DNA of 64,000 bases, from positions 181,809 to 245,808 of the forward strand of contig CASEDF010000006.1 in assembly GCA_949286705.1 (NCBI GenBank), written 5' to 3'. The notes under the pieces are model-generated. The model worked only from the letters and a program-made list of their open reading frames with translations. It was not told the origin of the DNA and did no database searches. The position numbers were made by a program, and so were the translations under genes. The first letter of the stretch is position 1, and each line of letters begins with the position of its first letter. Below are positions 1 to 8,690 of this stretch, piece by piece. This DNA is from an uncultured bacterium (GTDB lineage Bacteria; Cyanobacteriota; Vampirovibrionia; Gastranaerophilales; Gastranaerophilaceae).

Positions 1-815
1 GGATTGTTAAAAGAAAAGATCCTCGGAGCAAGTTCTTCAAAACTTAAATTACATTTCGGGCATGCCAGCTTTTCGCTGTAAATAACTTCTTTATCACCGA
101 TAATATCGACAATTGCGATACCGTCGGCTTTTTTTAATGCTATTTGAACACTGTCAGCAATACGCGACTCTGCACTTTCTTTAACAACAATTCTGTCTAC
201 AACCACATGGATTGTATGTTTCTGGGTTTTATTTAATTTAATTTCATCCTCGTCCAGATTATATATTTCACCGTCAACCTTAACTCTTACAAAACCTTCC
301 TGCCTGAGTTCTTCAAATGTTGACTGAAATTCGCCTTTTTTCCCGCGGGCAATCGGCGCCAAGATTTGAATTTTAGTACCTTCCGCAAGTTTCATGATAC
401 TATTTACGATTTCATCAAGCGACTGTGGTTTGATTTCCGCACCGCACACGGGGCAATGCGGAATTCCGACACGCGCATACAAAAGTCTTAAATAATCATA
501 AATTTCAGTGACCGTTCCGACGGTTGATCTGGGGTTGTTGCTTGTTGATTTTTGATCAATTGAAATAGCCGGAGAAAGCCCGTCAATATATTCGACATTG
601 GGTTTGTCCATCTGCCCCAGAAACTGACGTGCATATGTTGAAAGACTTTCAATATATCGTCTTTGACCTTCCGCAAAAATTGTATCAAAAGCCAGTGAGC
701 TTTTGCCGCTTCCTGAAACACCGGTGAACACAACAAGTTCGTTCTTCGGAATTTCCAGAGAAACATCTTTTAAATTATGTTCTTTTGCACCTTTAATTTT
801 TATTGTATCTTGCAT
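1..815 (-). CDS. uvrA: Excinuclease ABC subunit UvrA, N-terminal part (gene runs off the window start)
   Basis: Not in ORF track because there is no stop in the window. Minus-strand translation from ATG 815..813 reads [72 protein letters not shown]...HCPVCG (Walker A plus zinc-finger region of UvrA). Confidence 0.9.
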   Translation of the reverse strand, partial: MQDTIKIKGAKEHNLKDVSLEIPKNELVVFTGVSGSGKSSLAFDTIFAEGQRRYIESLSTYARQFLGQMDKPNVEYIDGLSPAISIDQKSTSNNPRSTVGTVTEIYDYLRLLYARVGIPHCPVCGAEIKPQSLDEIVNSIMKLAEGTKIQILAPIARGKKGEFQSTFEELRQEGFVRVKVDGEIYNLDEDEIKLNKTQKHTIHVVVDRIVVKESAESRIADSVQIALKKADGIAIVDIIGDKEVIYSEKLACPKCNLSFEELAPRIFSFNN

Positions 816-855
816 ACCTGTATTATGACATGTAAAACAAGAATTTCAAATCAAA

Positions 856-1686
856 TTAATAACCGTTATATGTAGAGGTTTCATCGTAATAAGAAATTCT
901 TCTGTTATTTACGATATCACCTGTACTTGCCGTAACAGAAACATTTTTTGTATACTGACGGGTATACGCAGGTGTAATTCTGTAACTTTGCACAAGGACT
1001 CTATCAGTTCTGTCATCACCGCCGACATCTACGGCAGTATTTTGACAACCGTTTAAAATATATCTGTCACGATTGTCAGAACCTTCAATAAAAGCATCTG
1101 ACAACCCTTCAAAATTATATCCGTTATTATCTCTGTACACTGCAGCGTAATTTTCTTCTGGTTGCTTAGGATATGTTACATTTGTACCATTGGTTAATAC
1201 AACGTTATAATACTGCACCCCGTCTTCAACAAAAGTATTCTCAGAATTTATATCCAATCTGCTAAATGCCACATTGCCAATAGATATCGGCGAAACAGAA
1301 CCGGAATATACATTACTCATAAGTGCCAAATTTTGCAAATAATTCATCATAATTATAGTCGGAGTAATATAATCATAATGATACGGATTGTAATAAACCG
1401 GCGGCGGCACCGGACGATAATGGTACGGATTAATGCAGCGCGGTCGCGGAGGCGGTGGCTGAGGAACAGGAAATTCTGTATTGGCACTGTTCACAGACGC
1501 AGCCTCTGCCGGTTGAGTAGCAACAGGATCTGCCATCATAGCCAAAATCAATGCTGCTGTCGGAACAGCTTTTCTTACGCCGTTTGAAAAATGTTGTGAT
1601 TTCTGCGCTTCATCTTTTTTGCCTTCAAAATTAATTTTACTTTTGTTATAAGAAAATCCGGATACAGCTAAAACTTTCATACACAT
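856..1686 (-). CDS. Hypothetical exported protein with proline-rich segment
   Basis: 276-aa ORF with a hydrophobic stretch (AALILAMMADP) followed by PQPPPPRPR..PVPPPVYYNPYHY. No recognisable domain. SD AGGAG favours ATG at 1680. Confidence 0.45.
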   Translation of the reverse strand: MCMKVLAVSGFSYNKSKINFEGKKDEAQKSQHFSNGVRKAVPTAALILAMMADPVATQPAEAASVNSANTEFPVPQPPPPRPRCINPYHYRPVPPPVYYNPYHYDYITPTIIMMNYLQNLALMSNVYSGSVSPISIGNVAFSRLDINSENTFVEDGVQYYNVVLTNGTNVTYPKQPEENYAAVYRDNNGYNFEGLSDAFIEGSDNRDRYILNGCQNTAVDVGGDDRTDRVLVQSYRITPAYTRQYTKNVSVTASTGDIVNNRRISYYDETSTYNGY

Positions 1687-1830
1687 ACTCCTATTACATA
1701 AGTATTAAAACATTAAAAAAATATTTTTGCTATATAATTTAAACATAAATTAAGAGGAGTTGCAAAATTTGAGCCTGTACAAGGCTTCGCCTTGTGGGGT
1801 CCTGCGTCCCAATACAATCTGCATACATTA

Positions 1831-1855
1831 TTTATGGTGTCGTAGGCGGGACTTG
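1831..1855 (-). repeat. Exact 25-nt copy of the tRNA-Leu 3' end (T-loop to CCA plus 4 nt of flank)
   Basis: tttatggtgtcgtaggcgggacttg is identical at 1831-1855 and 2027-2051. Confidence 0.9.
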
Positions 1856-1995
1856 TCTTGCTGCGCCTCGCATTAAACGGGTCTACGCTTTTTGCTTTTT
1901 ACGGCATTTATGCCGAAAGCAAAAAGGCTCCGCCCTCTGCTCGGCTTGCGCTGAACCCGCTATAGACGGATTAAAGTCCTCACCATTCTACAAAT

Positions 1996-2030
1996 AAAAA
2001 AGATGATAACTTTTGTTATCATCTTTTTTA
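1996..2030 (-). terminator. Rho-independent terminator after tRNA-Leu (symmetric, could act both ways)
   Basis: Perfect 10-bp stem agatgataac/gttatcatct, tttt loop, flanked by an A-run and a T-run. Confidence 0.7.
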
Positions 2031-2115
2031 TGGTGTCGTAGGCGGGACTTGAACCCGCACGGGTTGCCCCACACGCCCCTCAAACGTGCACGTATACCGA
2101 TTCCGTCACTACGAC
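2031..2115 (-). tRNA. tRNA-Leu, anticodon GAG, class II with long variable arm, CCA encoded
   Basis: Hand fold: acceptor gtcgtag/ctacgac, 3-bp D stem with GG loop, anticodon stem cacgt/gcgtg with loop ttGAGgg, variable stem ggg/ccc, T arm gcggg-ttcaagt-cccgc, discriminator A, CCA. Confidence 0.85.
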
Positions 2116-2194
2116 ATATACTCTTATTCAATTTTCAAACTTTTGCTTGTCTCCGTGACGGATGTATTCACTTGCGTTCATACCCTCTCAAAAA

Positions 2195-2218
2195 ACAATT
2201 ATCAATTGTTTTTTTTTT
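2195..2218 (-). terminator. Hairpin plus T-run following the 5' tRNA fragment
   Basis: acaatt-atc-aattgt stem flanked by A6 and T9-10 runs. Confidence 0.5.
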
Positions 2219-2227
2219 CGGCACAGT

Positions 2228-2241
2228 GTCACTACGACATA
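2228..2241 (-). repeat. Exact 14-nt copy of the tRNA-Leu 5' end (3 nt of flank plus positions 1-11)
   Basis: gtcactacgacata is identical at 2105-2118 and 2228-2241. Confidence 0.85.
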
Positions 2242-2252
2242 AATTAACTTTT

Positions 2253-2285
2253 CAAAAAATGACTATGTTTAGCCACATAGTCATT
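2253..2285 (-). terminator. Rho-independent terminator of flgC
   Basis: 9-bp stem atgactatg/catagtcat, followed on the minus strand by a T-run (A-run 2254-2259 on plus). Confidence 0.65.
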
Positions 2286-2313
2286 TTAATATAATAAATT
2301 TTAATTGTAAAGC

Positions 2314-2757
2314 CTATCTTCCAATTTCAATAGCTTTTAATGCCATGGATTTTGTAATATTTACAAGCGCAAGGTTCGCTTCATATGCCCTTTGCGCCAT
2401 TACGGCATCTGCAATATCAACCATCGCGTTTACGTTTGATGATCTTATATAACCGTTTTCGTCTGCATCGGGGTGTCCGGGTCTGTATATTTTATCGCCG
2501 AGCGTCGGATCTTCAACTACGCCGCTAAAGGTTACTCCGCCTTGCAAATATGATAAAGTTCCAACTCCGAATACATCATTTTTCATGGTATTCATCAAAC
2601 CGTGAAACGAAATATCTTCTGTCGCATTCAATACAGGAATTTTTCTTACGTAATTCGGCGTATCAATATTCGCTACGTTTTTGGCATGGATATCCAGACG
2701 CAGTCCGTGTGCCCTCAGGGCACTTGATCCTATATTAAATGATTCCAATATACTCAT
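2314..2757 (-). CDS. flgC: Flagellar basal-body rod protein FlgC
   Basis: 147 aa. N-terminal rod motif LDIHAKNVANIDTPNYVRK and C-terminal VDIADAVMAQRAYEANL. Directly downstream of flgB. Confidence 0.9.
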   Translation of the reverse strand: MSILESFNIGSSALRAHGLRLDIHAKNVANIDTPNYVRKIPVLNATEDISFHGLMNTMKNDVFGVGTLSYLQGGVTFSGVVEDPTLGDKIYRPGHPDADENGYIRSSNVNAMVDIADAVMAQRAYEANLALVNITKSMALKAIEIGR

Positions 2758-2772
2758 AATTTATCTCTCCCG

Positions 2773-3120
2773 TTATTTACCGACATTTATCACCGTTTTC
2801 ATCTCGGTAATTATGTTAGACATTCTTCTTGTTGCCATTGAATAAAGCATGGAATTTTCCTGCAATGCGATAAGCTCCTGTGCAGGATTAATTTCTTCAT
2901 ACTGTCTTTCTTCTATAACTCCTGAAGGTCCCAGTTTTTGCGAAAGTTTAGTTTCCAAAGGGCTGTTCATCGTTCCGAGATAAGTTGCAAAATCAATATC
3001 ACGTCTTACATAACCCGGTGTATCAACGTTTGCTATGTTGGAACCGATTGCGCGCTGTCTTTGTGATATTAAATCCATCATCAGGGAAACTTTTCCCATA
3101 CTGTCCAAAGATGTGTACAT
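2773..3120 (-). CDS. flgB: Flagellar basal-body rod protein FlgB
   Basis: 115 aa with motif IGSNIANVDTPGYVRRDIDF. Size and position upstream of flgC fit FlgB. Confidence 0.85.
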   Translation of the reverse strand: MYTSLDSMGKVSLMMDLISQRQRAIGSNIANVDTPGYVRRDIDFATYLGTMNSPLETKLSQKLGPSGVIEERQYEEINPAQELIALQENSMLYSMATRRMSNIITEMKTVINVGK

Positions 3121-3136
3121 TATCTAACCTCCCTCA

Positions 3137-3853
3137 TTAACCCTCACGGATATTTATTGCTTTATTATACATATCATCAATGACCTTAAGCATCTGGGTG
3201 CTTGCAAGCATTGACGCGTTAAGCCTTAACATTTCGCTTGTTGAAGTATAAACATTTGTATTTGAAATTTCAATATTATGCTGCTTAAAACATTTGTGAT
3301 CTTTGACAAGAACGGGTTCACCGGCATCTGCAGTTACTGCGAATCTGTTCATGTCAGCCTGCTCAAGACCTTCGGGATTCGCGAATCTTACAAGCGGAAT
3401 ATTTCCTAAATATTTTTCATTTGCCTGTGATGAATCAAATGCCACAACATCACCATTGGGCTTTATTTCAAATTTATAACAGTTTGTCGGAATTTTTATA
3501 CCTTCACCAACAATCCAATCATCATTTGTAACCAGATATCCGTCTTTACCCTGTTTAAAACCGCCGTCACGGGTATATTGAACTTCACCTGACGGGGAGA
3601 CAACAGGAATAAATCCTTGACCGTCAATTGCAACGTCATACGGGTTTGACGTAATTTTTATTGACCCCTGACTGTGATCCGTTCTTATTGCACCTCTTAA
3701 ATACCCGTCTTCATCAAGCATTTGTTCAAAACGTACCGGCTTATAGGCATTTGTATTAATGTTCGCAAGATTATTTGCAACATAACCCAGCCTTTCCCAC
3801 TGGGTAAAGGTGTTATTAATACTTTTTCTTATCATTCCTTGAATTGTATACAT
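3137..3853 (-). CDS. Flagellar basal-body rod protein, FlgF/FlgG family
   Basis: 238 aa. N-terminal VANNLANINTNAYKP and C-terminal SEMLRLNASMLASTQML motifs. FlgF versus FlgG cannot be separated by eye. Confidence 0.75.
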   Translation of the reverse strand: MYTIQGMIRKSINNTFTQWERLGYVANNLANINTNAYKPVRFEQMLDEDGYLRGAIRTDHSQGSIKITSNPYDVAIDGQGFIPVVSPSGEVQYTRDGGFKQGKDGYLVTNDDWIVGEGIKIPTNCYKFEIKPNGDVVAFDSSQANEKYLGNIPLVRFANPEGLEQADMNRFAVTADAGEPVLVKDHKCFKQHNIEISNTNVYTSTSEMLRLNASMLASTQMLKVIDDMYNKAINIREG

Positions 3854-3866
3854 GTATTAACCCTCT

Positions 3867-4565
3867 CTATGAAGCTGAGCCAAGCTGGCTGATTACTTTT
3901 TGTAAATTCTGATTCTGTATCATAAATAATTGTCTGTTTGCATCAAAATTCTTTATAACAGGCATCATACTTATAAATTCTTCCTGCAATGCCACGTTTG
4001 AAAATTCATTATAACCCTGTTTGACTTTCGGCTCCATCACCAGAGCACCATTGGCATCAACAACGCCAAGGTATGCAACGCCTTCAAGCTTATTTGTCTG
4101 AGGGTTGAATACACTTACCAAACCTCTGTCGTTAACCTTTATTTGATTCAAATCATGCGGTACAATGTGTAATTTAATAGGCAAGCCCGTATTTGAAAGC
4201 ACACGGCTATCATCAAGAGTCAAAAGATTTCCCTCTCTGTCTAATTTAAAACGCCCGTCACGGGTTAATTTAATCCCTTCAGCACTTTCCGTCTGAAAAT
4301 AGCCTTTTGCGGCAAGTGCAATATCCAACGGGTTTTCGGATAAGGCAATACGTCCGACTTTATCATCACGTGTGGTAGATAAACCGTGAACGCCTAAGAA
4401 TTCGGTCAATGAAGATACTATTGCATCTTTTCTTTGATAACCAACCTTATCAAATCCTGCAACATTTTCGTTTGAAATGGATATTAATTCACTATCAACA
4501 TGCATCGCCCTTATTGATGCCGTGATACCGTTTTCTACAAATCTTACACCGCCGTTAATTTTCAT
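3867..4565 (-). CDS. Flagellar basal-body rod protein, FlgF/FlgG family
   Basis: 232 aa. SNENVAGFDKVGYQRKD N-terminal motif and conserved C-terminal helix. First gene of the rod cluster. Confidence 0.7.
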   Translation of the reverse strand: MKINGGVRFVENGITASIRAMHVDSELISISNENVAGFDKVGYQRKDAIVSSLTEFLGVHGLSTTRDDKVGRIALSENPLDIALAAKGYFQTESAEGIKLTRDGRFKLDREGNLLTLDDSRVLSNTGLPIKLHIVPHDLNQIKVNDRGLVSVFNPQTNKLEGVAYLGVVDANGALVMEPKVKQGYNEFSNVALQEEFISMMPVIKNFDANRQLFMIQNQNLQKVISQLGSAS

Positions 4566-4674
4566 ACATTTATACCTCTGCTTACATTTTCGGATATTTT
4601 TCAGTATTTACTCAACAAATCCATGAAAAATCATCCGTTTGTATGGGTTTTTAAATGTACTTAATAAAAATTTT

Positions 4675-4923
4675 TTAAAAGTCAATATATTCATATAAAG
4701 AGGAAGCTTCCTGAACGCTTATGTTTGTTTCGGGAACCTTCAAAACTCTTGCCGAAACTTTACGATTAGCATATTCAATCGTAATAATATCACCTGCTTT
4801 TACCTGTTTGGCAGGCTTTGCAGGATTGCCGTTTACAAAAACTCTGCCCGTATCGGACACTTCATTGGCGACGGTTCTTCTTTTTATTAATCTTGATACT
4901 TTTAAAAATTTATCCAATCTCAT
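4675..4923 (-). CDS. S4-domain RNA-binding protein
   Basis: 82 aa. MRLDKFLKVSRLIKRRTVANEV...VFVNG is a classical S4 motif. Confidence 0.75.
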   Translation of the reverse strand: MRLDKFLKVSRLIKRRTVANEVSDTGRVFVNGNPAKPAKQVKAGDIITIEYANRKVSARVLKVPETNISVQEASSLYEYIDF

Positions 4924-4960
4924 GGCTTTATTATATCATATTCATGCTATAATTTGAATT

Positions 4961-5788
4961 ATGAAAAAGGCTGTCTTAACTTTATTTTTTACTTTATTGC
5001 TTCAAACTGCCGCATTAGCGCTTGACAGTGCAATAAAATTTGTTCAGGTAACGGACACTCATTTTAATGCCGAAAATGAATATTCAGTAAAACTTCTTGA
5101 AGAAACAGTAAAAGATATTAACAGATTAAATGATGTTTCTTTTGTTATTTTTACCGGTGACAATCTTAATAAACCGGAACCTGAAGATTTGGATGATTTC
5201 ATAAAAATCCTAAACAGATTAAAAGCACCTTATTATCTTGTAATCGGCAATCACGATGTTTTTAAAAGCCAGAACCTTTCAAAAGAAAGATATAACGAAA
5301 TTGTACGCGAAAACAATCTTTTCTGGTTTAAACGCGAATGGAATTATGTATTCAAGAAAAAAGGATACACATTTATAGTAGTGGATGGAGCCAAAGAAAT
5401 TATACCGGGGCCTGTCGGATATTACAGAGCAGATACCCTTGAATGGCTTGACAAACAGCTTACCAAAAACAAAAAACGTCCGGTAATTATTTTTCAGCAT
5501 TATCCGATAATTGATGCGCCGGAATTTGGTTCTTCCCGTCTTAAAACCCACAGGACCTATCAGCCGGAAAAATATTTTGAAATGCTTGACAAACATAACA
5601 ATGTCCTTGCAATTATATCAGGACATTTCCATGTCAATAGCGAAGTTATGGAAAACGGAGTCTATCACATTTCTTCGCCTACTCTGCTTGACAATCCTCC
5701 GGTTTACAAAATTATTGATATAGTTTCAAAAGACGGCTTATCACCTATTATTTATACACAATTAAAAGAAGTTGAAATTGAAGAGTAG
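4961..5788 (+). CDS. Exported metallophosphoesterase
   Basis: 275 aa with signal peptide. Calcineurin-like motifs VTDTHF, GDNL, GNHD, GHFH. Confidence 0.8.
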   Translation: MKKAVLTLFFTLLLQTAALALDSAIKFVQVTDTHFNAENEYSVKLLEETVKDINRLNDVSFVIFTGDNLNKPEPEDLDDFIKILNRLKAPYYLVIGNHDVFKSQNLSKERYNEIVRENNLFWFKREWNYVFKKKGYTFIVVDGAKEIIPGPVGYYRADTLEWLDKQLTKNKKRPVIIFQHYPIIDAPEFGSSRLKTHRTYQPEKYFEMLDKHNNVLAIISGHFHVNSEVMENGVYHISSPTLLDNPPVYKIIDIVSKDGLSPIIYTQLKEVEIEE

Positions 5789-5852
5789 TTGCATTTTTTT
5801 ATAAATAATATTATAATTGTAACAACAATATTTTGAGGTAAAAAGATACGCA

Positions 5853-7205
5853 ATGGATGAGTCGGGAAATTTAATTTTTAATTTATTCTTAATAGCATTC
5901 CTATTATTTTCAAACGGATTTTTTGTGGCAGCTGAATTTGCCATGGTAAAGGTCAGAAAAACCAGAATAGAGCAGCTTGTAAAAGAAGGCAACTACAGTG
6001 CGCAAATTGCGCTTGAAGCAATAAAAGATCTGGATAAATTTATTGCTGCGGTACAATTAGGTGTAACAATATCCAGTATCGGCTTAGGTTGGGTTGGCGA
6101 AGGGACATTGGCTCGCATAATTGAGCCGGTATTTGTATTTTTACCGGGCGTAAGCCAGACTATTGCAACCCATACGGTATCCGTTTCACTTGCATTTGCA
6201 CTAATCACATTCTTGCATGTTGTCTTAGGTGAACTTATTCCAAAATCTATTGCACTGGAATACACTGAAAAAACCGCACTTATAATTGCACGTCCAATGC
6301 AGGCAATTACATTTGTGTTTAATCCTTTTATCTGGCTCTTAAACGGCTTTGGCAACTGGGTTTTGAAACTAATGCATATTCCTCATTCGCATAAATCGTC
6401 ACTTGTGCATTCATCTGAAGAATTGGATATGCTTGTTGACGCAAGTTATAACGGCGGAGTATTGAATGAAACCGAAAAAGACATGCTTCATAACGTTTTC
6501 AAATTTTCCGACTTGACGGCAAAACAGGTTATGGTTCCGCGAACTGATATGGTTTGCGTGCCGATTGACATGTCTTTGGAAGAATTAAACAATGTTGCCA
6601 CTGAAAATCAATATACGAGATATCCGGTTTATGAAGGAGATATTGACCATATTACAGGACTAATTCACGTAAAAGATTTGTATAAATTATCGCTTGATGA
6701 CACCACATGCCCTATAGAACGCATTCAGCGTGAAATTTTACTGGTGCCTGAGACCATGACTATGGACAATCTGGTTTTGGAATTCAAAAAACGCAAAGGT
6801 CAAATGGCAATTGTAGTTGACGAATTCGGCGGAACATCAGGGCTTATAACACTTGAAGATGTAATTGAAGAAATTTTCGGCGATGTTCAGGATGAATTTG
6901 ACGAAGAAGAAGAACAAGAATGCGACATCAAAGAAATTGCGCCAAATACATATATAGCAAATGCAATGATGCGAACCGATGAAATCGCGGAATACTTCAA
7001 TATTGATGAAGAAGCAATTGATGACGAAGATATCGACACAATCGGCGGACTCGTTGTAAAACTTCTCGGAAGAATTGCTGAAGTCGGCGACACAGTAACC
7101 CATCTGGGATTAACCTTTATTGTAAAAGAAATTGAAGGCGCACGAATTACTAAACTTGAAATTATAAAAGAAGAAACTCCCGTTGCAGAACAGGTGCAGG
7201 AATAA
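5853..7205 (+). CDS. Hemolysin-family / CorC-type transporter-associated protein (DUF21-CBS-CorC_HlyC)
   Basis: 450 aa. N-terminal multi-TM DUF21, tandem CBS region, acidic linker, C-terminal CorC_HlyC-like domain. Confidence 0.85.
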   Translation: MDESGNLIFNLFLIAFLLFSNGFFVAAEFAMVKVRKTRIEQLVKEGNYSAQIALEAIKDLDKFIAAVQLGVTISSIGLGWVGEGTLARIIEPVFVFLPGVSQTIATHTVSVSLAFALITFLHVVLGELIPKSIALEYTEKTALIIARPMQAITFVFNPFIWLLNGFGNWVLKLMHIPHSHKSSLVHSSEELDMLVDASYNGGVLNETEKDMLHNVFKFSDLTAKQVMVPRTDMVCVPIDMSLEELNNVATENQYTRYPVYEGDIDHITGLIHVKDLYKLSLDDTTCPIERIQREILLVPETMTMDNLVLEFKKRKGQMAIVVDEFGGTSGLITLEDVIEEIFGDVQDEFDEEEEQECDIKEIAPNTYIANAMMRTDEIAEYFNIDEEAIDDEDIDTIGGLVVKLLGRIAEVGDTVTHLGLTFIVKEIEGARITKLEIIKEETPVAEQVQE

Positions 7206-7206
7206 T

Positions 7207-8136
7207 TTACTTTTCATTCAAGTATTTATAACTGCAACATGCTCCGGAAAGTTGTCTTCCTGTCAACAAATCGCCTGAGCCTAAAAATCCTTGCGCCTTT
7301 TCTATACCATATTCTTTACCGCATCCACAAGTTTCACCGTTAACATTTTTATTAAATGTTCCGTCTGCCCCGATTGGTCTTATCCAATTTTCATTCAGCA
7401 TAATGGCAAACATATCCCGCCCTACTACATTCGGTCCTTTTTGAAAACCGTTTACATCCACCGCTATTATAGGTGCACCATGCCCGCCAAAATATATTAC
7501 GGAACCGTCTTGCAATAAGATTGCTTTTTTAGATAAATCCCAGCCCGTATATAAACCGTTAAGCTGCGCATTATTACAACTTGATGAGCTCGTCGGTAAA
7601 TTTTTAAACGTACCGGAAATTAAAGATCCGTAAAAGCTGTATGCAGCAGCTCCACCGCAAAGCCCATTCCACTTGTCTAAATAATTATTGCAATATGCAC
7701 TCTCACCATATTGAGGAAATCCGCAGGTATCTATCACTTTGAAATGTTTTACCATAGCATTGACAAATTCCGGTGACATAGTAGTTCTCACTGCATAAAG
7801 CCCGTCATCAGGATATCTGCACTTTGCAGGCACATTATAATCCCCTGAATTGTTTACGCACAAACTATAATTATCAAGCTTTACGGCAGTGTATACCTGA
7901 CTAATTTCCGAAAATTTCTTTTTCCATATTGCTTTATTCTGCATATCACCAATTTTTTGAGATAAAGTAGGAATAGTCATTGCTGCGACAATGCCGATTA
8001 TGCCGAGGGTTATCAGAACTTCTGCCAGAGTAAACGCAGCTTTCTTTTTAAGGTCGTTAAGACGATAAGACTTTTGGACGTTAAGTTCTTTACTGAGGAC
8101 TTCGCTCACGTTTTTACTTTCCGAATTATAATTCAT
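7207..8136 (-). CDS. Type IV pilin-like protein A (prepilin-type N-terminal cleavage/methylation domain)
   Basis: AAFTLAEVLITLGIIGIVAAMTIP class III signal motif (F+1, E+5). C-terminal DVNG..GPN..GRDMF motif shared with paralogs. Start placed at ATG 8136 just after a consensus promoter. The frame stays open upstream to 8442 and beyond (see findings). Confidence 0.75.
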   Translation of the reverse strand: MNYNSESKNVSEVLSKELNVQKSYRLNDLKKKAAFTLAEVLITLGIIGIVAAMTIPTLSQKIGDMQNKAIWKKKFSEISQVYTAVKLDNYSLCVNNSGDYNVPAKCRYPDDGLYAVRTTMSPEFVNAMVKHFKVIDTCGFPQYGESAYCNNYLDKWNGLCGGAAAYSFYGSLISGTFKNLPTSSSSCNNAQLNGLYTGWDLSKKAILLQDGSVIYFGGHGAPIIAVDVNGFQKGPNVVGRDMFAIMLNENWIRPIGADGTFNKNVNGETCGCGKEYGIEKAQGFLGSGDLLTGRQLSGACCSYKYLNEK

Positions 8137-8145
8137 TATATTAGA

Positions 8146-8174
8146 ATTATAATTTGTTTCAGAGGGTGTGTCAA
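8146..8174 (-). promoter_or_regulatory. Perfect sigma-70 consensus promoter, 9 nt upstream of pilin A ATG
   Basis: Minus strand reads TTGACA (8174..8169) - 17 nt - TATAAT (8151..8146). No SD before the ATG. Confidence 0.65.
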
Positions 8175-8455
8175 TTCGTTTTGTAACTTTGTGATTGGGG
8201 TTACTAACCCGACTGTTAATTTTTCTGTCGGCATAGTAATGCCGACCTACATTTCCAAACCACCCCGGGATGACCTGCAAAGTTCCGCAAAAACCTAATA
8301 TGGTGTCGTGCCTCAGGCACTTCAGGATGGCAGACTCCATCCGAACATAACTATGTTGGGCCGTATTACTATGACGAATGTTACTTCTTAGTGCCTTAGT
8401 GCCATAGTATCTTAGTAACTTTTTCCAAACAATACCGCCCAAACCCTTGTTTACT

Positions 8456-8560
8456 TCATGTGCCGTTAAATTTTCTACAACTTCCCGTTGGTCGGGTCCA
8501 ACGGCTACGCTGGCTGGGAGAGTCGCCCCCCCCGAAATTCGAAAATATTTCTTTTCTCAT
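8456..8560 (-). other. SD-led mini-ORF containing a G8 tract (MRKEIFSNFGGG...)
   Basis: AAGGAGA, then 8 nt, then ATG (8560..8558). G8 occupies codons 10-12. Stop TGA at 8458..8456 in the present register. Confidence 0.5.
8526..8533 (-). repeat. Homopolymer G8 (C8 on plus strand)
   Basis: Counted directly: agtcg-cccccccc-gaaattc. Confidence 0.95.
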
Positions 8561-8587
8561 ATGCCATTCTCCTTCTTTTATGATTTT

Positions 8588-8596
8588 ATTATAACA
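8588..8596 (-). promoter_or_regulatory. Distal extended -10 promoter (TGTTATAAT) for the mini-ORF leader
   Basis: Minus strand tgt-tataat lies ~25 nt upstream of the SD. The paralogous position in locus B carries tga-tataat. Confidence 0.35.
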
Positions 8597-8690
8597 TAAA
8601 TCTACACCACATTAATGATATTTTAATTAATTCCTCTTTTAGTTGATCCAGCTGAATTGTATAGAAGATATACAAGAAAACATGCCTTAT

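Noticed and set aside
488-766. 92-aa ORF on the minus strand
   Set aside because: It lies in a different frame inside the clearly recognisable uvrA coding sequence (1..815) and has no protein-like features.
1856-2026. Possible tmRNA, SRP RNA, or intron-containing tRNA next to tRNA-Leu
   Set aside because: There is no tRNA-like acceptor/T-arm pair, no tag-peptide ORF ending in a stop, and no SRP domain IV motif. The intact tRNA-Leu has an uninterrupted anticodon loop (GAG), so the cyanobacterial-type tRNA-Leu(UAA) group I intron does not apply.
4566-4674. Sigma-28 (FliA) promoter upstream of the rod gene cluster (TAAA ... CCGAAAAT)
   Set aside because: The spacing between the TAAA and CCGA elements is about 3 nt shorter than the TAAA-N15-GCCGATAA consensus, and the -10 has a mismatch. 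The evidence is too weak to call.
8290-8325. Hammerhead-like CUGAAG-stem-GAC motif on the minus strand of the GC-rich block
   Set aside because: It lacks the conserved CUGAUGA and GAAA core nucleotides, and the stem II loop is only 3 nt.
7207-8442. Treating the full 411-aa ORF as a pilin with a genuine ~100-residue N-terminal domain
   Set aside because: The extra region starts at a TTG without an SD, coincides with the hairpin-dense GC-rich block, contains a perfect promoter just before ATG 8136, and does not look protein-like. It is kept only as part of the phase-variation hypothesis.
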